A stretch of 64,000 nt of DNA from the human T2T-CHM13v2.0 reference genome, Homo sapiens, in the NCBI RefSeq assembly GCF_009914755.1, contig NC_060927.1. One strand, 5' to 3'. Below are positions 52,907 through 64,000 of this stretch, piece by piece. Below the pieces are notes generated by a model. That model saw only the letters and a list, made by a program, of their open reading frames with translations, was not told where the DNA came from and searched no databases. Position numbers and translations under genes: made by a program. The first letter of the stretch is position 1; every line of letters begins with the position of its first letter.

Positions 52907-54369
52907 AGAGGGAGACTTTGGGCATGCTAGTCACCATTTCTAAGTTTAATATTCTAATTTTTATTTTGGGAAAATAATGTCTATCTCATAAGGGTATTGT
53001 GAGGAATTATCTAGCAGGCTCTCTCTAGCACCCAGGTGCTCGTAATTGTTAGTCTTTCCCCTAAAGGAGGTCAGTAATAGTAATAATGATAATAATAGCA
53101 ACAAAAAATATATATGAACATACATAGATAGCAATATTTGCTACATATGAGGGACTAGATGCAGTGTATGTAAAGGTTATGAAGCACAATAATAAAGCGA
53201 GCACTTGAGAGCCTACCCTCCAATTTGACAAGCAGAACATCACCTCTATCCTCAATGCTACCTAGGGCTCCTCCCCATTCTGACTCTCCTACTTCCCCCA
53301 AAAATAACACTGTCCTGGGTTTTATGTTTATCCTTCTTTTGCTTTTTGGGAGGTATAGTTCAGCACATATTTTCATAAACAATATATGATTTACTTTTCT
53401 TGTTTTTGAGCTTTATAAGAATGGTATTGTACATTGTGTAGTTTTCTGTGACTAGCATTTCTGAACTATTGTGATGTGCAACAACATGGATGAATCTTTA
53501 AACATAATTTAGAGTGAAAAAGAAGCTAAGGTTTTGACTCTGAGAACTCCAAACCAAATTATTAATAGATTAATGCAGTGCTAAAGTGTCTCTTGAGAAG
53601 TTTCTCTTAGCTAACTGAAATAAGGAAAATTAATAATGATTACTTTTCTCCATACTTTAGAATAAATATCATAATTTGTGTCAATATCAAACAAAAAGTA
53701 AAATTCTTTTCAATTTATTAATTATTGGTATTAAGTAAGATAAAGTATATCAAGTCCTTACATAGTGCCAGGTACACAGTAGATTCCATAAACATTTGGT
53801 TGCGTCTCCTTCTATGGTCTGGGGAAGTCTAGCATGTGCATAATTGTGGGGTAGCACCCTGAGTTAAGTGATGAAATAGAGGGTTGAACCCAGTGCTCTG
53901 GCCTTCCAGCATGTGGAACATACAGCCTCGCTGTTGACTGGGAGTGGGGAGACTTCAAAAGAGACGTGAGCAGCATTTAGAAGCCCCAAGATAATTTTGC
54001 TAAAAGCACGAAGGGGTAGGAATGGGCCAGTCAGAGGGAAGGGCTCAAAGGAACACTGGGGGTGGGCAAAGGAGATGAAGGGGTGTCAGGTTAAGTTCCA
54101 GAAACTCAAGATGTAGAAACACATAGTCTTTTGGGAGAATGGCAGAGGATAGGGCAGAGAGGCATGTAGAATTCTGTGGGTCTAGTTCAAGAAGTTAGTT
54201 ACTAATAGGCAATAAAAAAGCCATTGAAGAGCTTTTCAGCAGGAGAATGACAATTAAAATTGCCTTTTAGAAGATTCACTCTGGCAACTGAGTGGAAGAT
54301 GAAATGGAAGAGAAGGCTAGGCAATGGGGAAACAGTTCCAATAATGTGGGTTAAAGACAGTAAAAGTAA

Positions 54370-54580
54370 CAACTAGCATTTATTAATCAATTCTAGGCAC
54401 TGTTATAAGTATTTTACATGCATTAACTTAATTCTCAACAACACTTTGAGAGGGGAATTATCATTATTTCCCTTTTACATATCAGGAAACTGAGACGTAG
54501 AGAGATGAAGTACTTGCCTACTGGCACACAGTCAGTATGATCTGGAGCCAGATGGTCTAGCACCAGAGCCTAAGCTTTTA
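54370..54580 (-). mobile_element. MIR nested in L2 fragments (about 54000-54720)
   Basis: aggcactgtt...attctcaacaacac...ccttttacatatcaggaaactgagac...aagtacttgcc. Confidence 0.65.
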
Positions 54581-56379
54581 TCCAGTGAAGAGATGAGGAG
54601 GCCAAAGTGAAGGAAGTGGCAGTGGTGGCAGAGTGAGAGGACTGATTTGGGGAGAGTAAGAAGGTGAACTCTGAAGGATGGGCTAAGACTGGATTTGGAA
54701 CAGAGGGACAATGGAAGAGGGCGGTAGGGAAGGGCACCAACACAGAGATCTAACAATGGTGGGCAGGGACCACTACGCTTCAGACTTCCTTTCCTGAAGC
54801 TTCTCTTTGGAACCTAAGTGTGAAGGTTGCTGCAGGTGAGAAATACAGGTGGTAATTACCTCAGTTTTGGGCTTCTGCTGGCCAAGGCAACCATGGTGGC
54901 TGTGGATATGCAGGACAACAGGGGTGGTGAGGGTGGTGGTGGTGTTGGGGTCCTTCACAGTTCCTCCCCCAGGTGTTTGTGTTCAGTTTTAGATGCATTA
55001 ACTCTCATTTATGCTCATCTGTGGGTGATAGTCAACCATGATTTAGTTACCAAATTATACCAAGAGATGTAGGGAGAAAACAAAAGCACTTAAGACCATA
55101 GAAACTATTTAAAGAGATTAATGAAAGACTATCAGTAGCAGGGACCCCGAGCTTAATGCCTACATTGGTGGGGTAGTCTCTATCGTATTCTAGCGATGAT
55201 CATCTTGTTCATTTTCCTTGAGTCCGAGATGTTTCCTTCACCCACCTGCCTGTCTGTTTCTATATTGGCATTGCTGTAGTGTCAGAAGTACAATTCTGGA
55301 ATTAGTGCTCAGTTAATGCACATTTTGAGGCTCCTTCATTTCCATGGCCATGCCACCATTGTAGGACTTGGCAGGTCTGTGGGGCCTGCACAGTCCATGT
55401 GGGGCTAAGGGACTACAGGGGCTCATGGAAACGCTGTGAACAGGGACAGGTTGTAGGGAGTGGGGAAGAGCTGGCTATCATGCTTCAAATGCGGAGAGAC
55501 ACATTTGTGATTCCCTGGAGAACAATAACTGGAGCAATCAGAGGCGGAAACCACTTGGTCATGAAGTAACTATGAGAAGCAGCCCTGGTTATTCCAGGAA
55601 CCAGTAAGTGCATGTAGCGATAAATCAAGGACCCACCCAGCACTGGACAAAAGAATTCCTAATAAGTGAGGGTAGTGAGTCTCCTTCACATGCATATTCC
55701 ATGTATACTCTCAGAAGGGGCTTTGGGCATCAGCATTGACTTGGTGGGAGTGGAACAATAGCAGAGAAAGAATGGGCTGCAGGGAAAAATGCTGACACCT
55801 GGAAATTATGTAGGGTATTCCAGTCCAGGAAGAATGAACCCCAGAATCCTCCCCTCTGGGAGGTGAAATGCGCATGCTTGCTAAAAATTTTCTTACCTAT
55901 AAAATAGGCATAAAGATATTACCAAACACAATGGTAGTGAGGATTCTGTGAGATAACACATGTAAAATGCCTAGCCCATTATTTAGCTCACAGAAGGGGC
56001 TGACAACAACTGGCAGTTTCTCTCCCTTCCCTTGCTTGAAAGTAGGGACCTTCTTTTGTCACTTGTCCTTTATTGTCCCTAGCACTGCTTTTTCAAAGTT
56101 AGGGTTAGGGTTATGCTTAAGTTTAGGATTAGAGCTAGTAGTGATAGCAGTTACAGCCATAGGTCAGTAACACTTCACTTCTAATACGTAATGAATGAAT
56201 ATATGTGCCTAACAGTGTGACAAAGTTTTGGCCTATATTTTTAAATTAGAAAGATATTTCTTTTACTGGAGAAAGTAAGTGCAGAAAAAATATTTTAAGA
56301 GTTTTTTAAAGCTCTTGTAACTGCACCACCTAGAGATAATAACAATATATTAACATATTTCCTTCCTATCTTTTTTTAG

Positions 56380-56685
<306 letters not shown>

Positions 56686-56989
56686 TAAAAACAGAAATGG
56701 ACTGTATTGTTTCTTCAGTTTTGCTGCTTGCTTTATTCCAGTTAGCATTATACTATAGGAATATTTTCATAACATTAAAAACTTTTCATGTGTAATAGTG
56801 TGTCTTGGGATGCATCATATTTAATTAACCATATCACTGGGCATCTAAGTCGTTTCCAGAAGTTCAGTGTTGTAAGTAACCCTCAGTAAAAATCTTTTTA
56901 TGTAAACCTTTGTCTGTATCTTAAGTGGTTTCTTCGAGATAAATCTGTAGCAATCATGGGCTTTTTTTAGTTTTTACATATATAATTTT

Positions 56990-58310
56990 TTTTTGCTTTT
57001 TAAAAATTGATACATAATGTACATATTTATAGGGTGCATATGATATTTTGATAGATGTATACAATGTGCAGTGGTCAAATCAGAGGCATTGAGATTTCCA
57101 TCATCTCAGAAATTTATCATTTTTTTTGTTGGAAACATTCAAAATCTTCTCTTATAGCTATTTTGAAATATATTATAAATTATTGTTAACTAGAGTCACT
57201 CTACTGTGCTATCAAACACTAGATCTTATTCCTTCTATGTAACTGTATTTTGTACCTATTAATCACCCTCTTTGTTCCTTCTCCCTTCTCTTCCCAGCGT
57301 CTGGTAATCATCATTGTATTTACTACCTGTGTGAGTTGTTTTTTTCTAGCTCCCACATATGAGTGAGAACACACAATATTTGCCTTTCTGTACCTGGCTT
57401 ATTTCACTGAACATAATGTCCTTCAGTTCCATCCATGTTGCTGCAAATGATAAGATTTCATTCTTTTTATGGCTGAAGAGTACTCCGTTGTGTATTTATA
57501 TCACATTTTCTTTATCCATTCATCTGTTGATGGACAGTAAGGTTGATTCCATGTCTTGGCTATTGTGAATAGTGCTGCAGTAAACATGGGAGTGCAGGTA
57601 TCTTTTTGATACACAGATTTCCTTTCTTTTGGCTACATACCCAGCAGTGGGATTGCTGGATCATACGGTAATTTTATATTTATTTTTTTGAGAAACCTCT
57701 GTACTGCTTTCTGTAGTTGCTGTACTAACTTACATTCCCACCAACAGTGTATGAGTGTTTCCCTTTTTCTGCATCCTCCTCAGCATCTGTTATTTTCTGT
57801 TTTTTTTTGTCGTTGTTGTTGTTTTTTGTTTTTTTTTAGTAGCCATTCTAAATGAGGTGAGATGATATCTTATATGGTTTTGAGTTGCATTTCACTGATG
57901 ATTAGTGATGTTGAGTATGTTTTTCATGTACCTGTTGGCCATTTTGTATATCTTCTTTTGAGAAATGTCTATTCGGATCTTTTGCCCATGTTTTAATCAG
58001 ATTACTTATTTTATGAACCTTTTTTTAAAGCTGGTGGGACAACTCACCAAATTTATTTCCAAATTTATCAATTTATACTCCCAGTATGACTTGCAATGTT
58101 TGTCTTTCTGTGCCTGGCTTATTTCACTTAACATAATGTCCTTCAGTTCCATCCATGGTCATGCAAATGACAAGATCTCATTCTTTTTATTGGCTGACTA
58201 GTACTCCATTATGATTTCCTTTCTTTTGGCCATATACCTAGACATGGGATCGCTGGATCATATGGTAGTTTTATTTTTACTTTTTGAGAAACCTCCGTAC
58301 TGTTTTCCAA
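56990..58310 (-). mobile_element. L1MA-type 3' region plus a second, internally deleted L1 piece (58085-58310)
   Basis: ttgatacataatgtacatatttataggg...ctcccacatatgagtgagaac...gtaaacatgggagtgcaggtatct...ttcttttgagaaatgtctattc. Confidence 0.85.
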
Positions 58311-59832
58311 TGAGATTTCCTATTCTTTGCATTTCCCTAAATTTATTTGCTCACCATTGCCCAGGCACCATTGTGCAAACATTCTTATCACCATCATCAA
58401 TGACCCTAACTTAGGGCCATATATTGTGTACCTAAACCTTATCCTGACTTTGGAAAGACTAAAGGGATTGGTCACAGGGCCTGCTCTGCAGGGCCTCCCA
58501 GGCAAGGATTCCTTTTACTTTCCTAAACTAATATGGCCCCTTAACAGGGAGCGCACATTAAAGTTAGGATCTGATATGAAATCTAAAAAGGGCTTGCTTG
58601 TTTTTTTTTGCCCTTGGTGATTCTTTAGTTTTGCCTCTGGATGTGTTTCAGCTCCTTGGCTGGTTGTGTAGTCAGTTCTGGCATGGCTTAAAGTGGTTAA
58701 CCTCTTTTGTGTTTATCAGAACTGGTGTCCTTATCTGCCTTTTATGGAGAAAGGCCTTTCTGGGCAGCAATGTTGAATGAGCCTGGAAAGCCTAGATGTG
58801 GTCATTTAATTTCTCTTTTAGGCTACTGTTGTCTATGGCTCACCAAGAGCAGGCTGATTAGGAAGCTGAAGTGTCTGGTGTCACCTTGATTAGGTCAACT
58901 TCAATGTCAGGTGAAATAAGATCCAATGCATTCAGGTGTTTCTGGAGTTTGTGGTAGGTAATCAGGATGAGTTAAATTTAGCTGGGATTCATTTGGCTGG
59001 AATATTGAAAATAAGAGAGTTCCCTGAATATAGATGCTGGAGAGACAGCCTAGCATCTGGGGAAAAGGATGTGTTTTTCAGTTATGGGGATCCAGATTTG
59101 GGGCTGTTTCTCTTTCCCCCATTACATATCATTTTCACTGTGTTTTCTATTTCTCTCTTTACTTATCATTGGTTAAGTCTGATTATGTGCCCTTCACTGA
59201 TGTTTGGGGTTGAGTATGTTTTCAGGCATATATTTGATACGGACACTCTATGTTACGACACTTCAGTTTTGTAGAGACTGCCTTTATTGTACACTCTTCT
59301 GGCAGTTTAGGTGTGCTGCCACCAAGTGGTAGAGTACCTGAGCTCAGTTGCCCAAGAAGACATAGATGGGTTTTGTCAGAGGCTCCAATGGTTCTATTCT
59401 GGTTCTCTCCTCATTAAATCTGGGATTTTCCAAGCTTTACTGTTTAAAATTTTATTGAAACACTGAAATTTAAGCAACCAATAAGCAAGGATTACTCTTC
59501 TTCAACTACAAGTGAGTTTGATACAATCTTTCTCAAAGAACTGTAGTAAATGATAGATAAAATAATGTTTGTGAAAATGTTTCACCTGCTATGTAATAAT
59601 TGCCAGTTGAAACTGGGAATTTTATAATAATGCTATTTTGGGGATATAAATAGTGTGGTGTTTCTATAATAATTCTTTTTAAAATAAAATCAAATTTAAA
59701 AAAACTAAAACACTAACAAAAAACATTCCTGTTGGTTTTGCCTTCATCTTTGGTAGATCTGAAGTTGCAGTGCCCCAAGCGAACTTATCTCTTGGAGCTC
59801 CCACTGTCCCCCTGACCTTTTTCATCAGCCAC

Positions 59833-59890
59833 AAACATTGAAGATAAAACATTGAAGATAATTTGTCTTTCCAGACCTTCCTTTCCAGAC
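59833..59890. repeat. Two adjacent short duplications
   Basis: AAACATTGAAGATA x2 (59833-59860), then CTTTCCAGAC twice with a short spacer. Confidence 0.85.
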
Positions 59891-62800
59891 AATATTTTCT
59901 TTCTCTCAACATGGAAGATGAGTACAAGAAAAACAAAACTATCTAGGGTTTCTGTTGCAGAGAATTTAGCTTGGGTGTAGGCACTCATCAGTTGCAGAAG
60001 ATTTCTGTACCAGTTTGCCTCTGTCACTTGTATTGAAAAAAAAAAGTCTCCCCCTCGCCTTCTCCACCCCATCTCATGTTTTCTTAGATTGCTTTAGAAA
60101 AAAAGATTTATTCAGAATTTTGTTCTCAAAAGTCCAGCATTACCTAAACAAAACAAGTGATTTGAACAGCATTTAAAGATTTTTGAATCTGGAAAACTCA
60201 TATAATGGGGGTGAGTCCCATCCCTTCTATGAGATCTGAGTGTCCTGAGAGAAACCACACAACTTTCTCTCTGATAGGTGGTGAACCTCTTGCAGGTTGG
60301 AATGGTTGGTTTTGTTTCTTGCCCCTGAGGGTGTGGAGCACCACCTTGCAAACTGGCTGAATTCAATTAGACTGGAGGCTCCCCAAGGAAAAAGGAGAGG
60401 GCTTCACCCCCCCCATACTCCTTAGGGCCAATGCCGGGATCTCTATTTCAGACATGAAGTACCTGAGGCCAGACTGAGGTTTCCTTCAGGAGGTTCTCTT
60501 TCCTCTGTCCGGGGCTGTGACCACAGGGGGTTACCCAGGCCAGAGGTGGGTGGACTGGCACTGTGGCAGAGTGGGGCAGAGCCTTCTGCCAGGGGACGGA
60601 GCATGGATGTACCTGCGAGGGAACTAGCAGTGGACTCAGTCTCACCAAGGAGCTATATTCTTGTTTCTAAATTAAGCAAGTATGACAGCCAGCCCCATTT
60701 CTCCTGGAACTTAGATGGGAGCACTTTGTCAGCCATGGTGACTCAGCAAGGATGAATGTTTTTCGGATAATTTACTGACGTAATTCAAGCATGTGTCCTG
60801 ATGGCCCTGGCCCCTCTTTCCTTTTCTCTCAGAGCCTCCTTCCTCTCTGCATTTCCCATTTGTTCTAGGTCAAGTGAGGACCAGCCTTGGTTTTGAGAGC
60901 TACTAAAAAACTCTAAAATCAGTACATTTTTCTCCCTTGCATCTCCCAGACTGTTCTGTCCGGAGCTGGAATTTTATCTGTTTCCATCGCTAGTAATGCA
61001 TGTGCCAGGTTTTGGCCTGGTGCCTGAGACAAGGTCTGAACCTTGTCCTGTGATGCACTCCACCCTGGTTCCCTACACAGGAAGAGAATGTCCTGGATCT
61101 CCAGACCATAAGCTGTTTTCCTTTGCAGGAAATTCAGGCTTCACCCTCATTGGCTGAAGAGAAACTCCCTGTTTTGAACTTGGAGGAAAGCAAGACCATT
61201 CCTCACCCTCTTGCAGCTCTGACTATGAAGGAGTGCTCCATTGGGAAGATTGCACATTGGTTCAGATTTAATTCTGTGGATACACAGGACACTTGTTTAG
61301 TTCTTACATACACACAAACTCAGAGGGAATGGTCAAATGATCTCTTGGCTGAATTTGCAGATTAATGGGGTGGGGAATGGGGGAGGGACCCAGTTCTTGC
61401 CTTCAGGAGGTTTGTGGTCTGGTTAAGGTTTCAGAATCCACAGGAGAAGACAAAAACTGAAAGCTTCCAAGGCAGCAGCCACACAAGCATGTCAGTTAAA
61501 TGGACGTAATCAGACATAATTTACTGGTGGTAAAAATCTGACCTGGATTGTAAAGGAAATAGATGAATTGGAATTCTGGAGCTTAAAGGCAGGAAGAAGC
61601 TGTAGAGGTCTGCCAGGCCAACTCTTTCTTTTAAAAAGAGTAGAATGCTGTCTAAAGGGGTCCAGTCATGGGCTCAGGGTCCTCCAGCTGGCTAGGGTAC
61701 CAGTCCTGAGCTTGCTGCAATCACACATACACTGCCCCCTAACATAGACCCTGCCTGTGGGACAGCAGGGTGCCTAGAGCAGCATGCACAGGATAAGGGC
61801 CTCTATGAAGTCATATGTGGAGGGATTCTTCCACCCTATATGTGAGCTTCCTGAGCTTCTGAGCTAGTTATGCATGGGGGCAGCCTAGTTTATTCTGATT
61901 TGGAGCAAAGACCTGGAGCCCTTGGTCCTCCCTGTTCCATTTCAAGATCCAAACATGCAAGCCTTCACCTCCCACAGGGCTCCCCGACTCCAGCTCTTTG
62001 ACCTCCCTTGTAATTCCCAGGTTCCCACTAGTGTCTGAGCCATCACAAGGTTTTTCCTCCATGTAAACCATGGGGATCTCATCAGTCCCCTCTGCCAGGG
62101 CAACCCTGGCTGTGTGTCAGTGGGAAGGCAGGCTAGCTAGAGGGTAACAGCCGCCTGCCCTGCAGGAAATAGAGCTCCTGCACTGGTTGGTAAAACCCAG
62201 TGGGCATGGCCTGGGGGGGGGTGGCTTTGTGTGGCGTGTTGCATTGTGTGTTGGTGGGGATGGTTGTGCATGTGTCTGCGTGCTGCAGGCAAAGAGCACT
62301 GGGCTTTCAAGAATGTGACTGCTACTTAAGGAGAAAGAGGAGGAGGGAAGGAGAGGAGGTGTGTGCAAGCCACAGCAAGGACTGTTTCCTGGAGGAAACA
62401 TGTGGTTTATTAATGAGGATTCCACCTGGCCTGCCAGGAAACCAGAGCCCAGCTGGAGAGTGTGTGGGGGTTCCTGTGAGAGGGCAGGGAGAGGTGGGGG
62501 TGTGACAAGAGAATGAGGAGTGGTGATGGCATGGTAGTAGGCCAAGCCTGGGAGAGTTGCTGCTCTGTCTCCTGGACAGGTCGGGTGCAGCACCTGAGTG
62601 GGAGGCAGCCCATGGCTGCACTGTTGCCATTTCTCTTGAGTCCCCTCAGCTCTCTTCTCTTACTCCACGTTTTAGAAAGGCTCCTTGTGTCTTACAGTGG
62701 GGTGGCTGAGGCACTGTGCTTAGACAGGTCACAGTCTTTGTCACAGATATATGTGCTATGATCATAATGATATTTTTTAAAGTTAAAAGATGAATTGTTT

Positions 62801-63507
62801 TTCATATAGCCTGACTAAGGGGAGTGGGGAGCGGGAAAGAAGGAGAGGGTAGAGAAGGCCAGAAGAGAGTACCTTGGGGTTTGTCTGAGGAGGGCTGCGG
62901 AAAATGGGAGGGCTATGTGGGTTTTGGTTTCCAGTTCTTTCTTTCCCTGTAGTGCTTTGGTTTCCATTTCATTTCTGCTGCATGTTCTGAATGGCCCAGA
63001 AGGAAGGGATGAACAGCTCTGTGAGGGAGGGTGGGAAATAGGGCAGGAAGCTGCTGTCCTGAAATGGATGTCAGTTTCCATCCCACTCCCATCTGAACCC
63101 ACCCCTTTGCCACCTTCTCTCCCTAGCCAGCTAGACCAGACTCTAGGAGCAATGGTTCTTGTGCTTTCACAGTTTTCATGTCTTCTCTTGGCTAAGAGTA
63201 GCTCCTTCCAAACAAATGCTGTGCTCCCAAGCCACTCTGATTCAGAAAGTGGGTCTCTTCCTTTGGTGAACAGGAGTTGTGTTTCAGAGCCTGTAAGGCT
63301 GTAAAATGACCTTACTGATTGACAAACCCATCAGGGTTTATGCAGCTGCCTCATGCTGGTCCCTCCAAGGTGTACATCCTTTGGAAGACTGCGTGCATTT
63401 GCCTGATCCTGCTGTCACCCCCGCCATTCCCGGAGCTCTCTTTGGGAGCTCCCTTCAGCTGTGGGATGCTCTTTTGACTGTTTGCGGCGTGGCATGGCAA
63501 GTCTTTG

Positions 63508-63818
<311 letters not shown>

Positions 63819-64000
63819 CTTTGTTCTTTTTGAGAGGACTTGATTTGTAGAATATTTTGTTTAAAGGCAGCATTGAAGACAAGTTGGGATTTGGATGCAG
63901 AGATCCCGCTGAGTGATTTTAGGCCTCTGGACCTGTCACTTTATGGCTATACCTGGGAATGTTGGGTGTGACCCTGGGACCTGAGTCTGTGCTATTGAAT

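Noticed and set aside
62100-62620. G/GT-rich block resembling an internal promoter
   Set aside because: No CpG enrichment, core promoter elements or convincing exon with donor. Cannot be supported from sequence.
63316-63325. Isolated PBX/MEIS-like TGATTGACAA (and ATCAATCA near 23263)
   Set aside because: Single short motifs are expected by chance in 64 kb and have no supporting context.

Overview
Primate (almost certainly human) genomic DNA: CpG-depleted, with Alu, MIR, L1, L2, MaLR/ERVL LTR and hAT/Tigger relics. The whole window lies inside the 5' part of KALRN (kalirin RhoGEF) on the + strand. I can support only two coding exons, 40117-40191 (75 nt, (G)SFRNDGLKASDVLPILKEKVAFVS(G)) and 46958-47072 (115 nt, (G)GRDKRGGPILTFPARSNHDRIRQEDLRKLVTYLASVP(S)). 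They encode the start of the Sec14/CRAL-TRIO region. Everything else is intron, and none of the supplied six-frame ORFs looks like a real protein. I found no new multi-gene system. The most notable unexplained structures are: (i) an 88-bp segment in three copies (one inverted, two direct) at 44.9-46.2 kb, giving a near-perfect sense-strand hairpin plus a competing long-range duplex upstream of the 115-nt exon, with a mosaic pattern suggesting gene conversion; (ii) a near-consensus REST/RE1 site at 29858; (iii) a trimeric chimeric Alu inside a single TSD; (iv) a strong phase-1 donor that could be a disabled alternative first exon; (v) a degenerate telomere-like array. Repeat subfamily names and most repeat boundaries come from recall of consensus sequences and are approximate.
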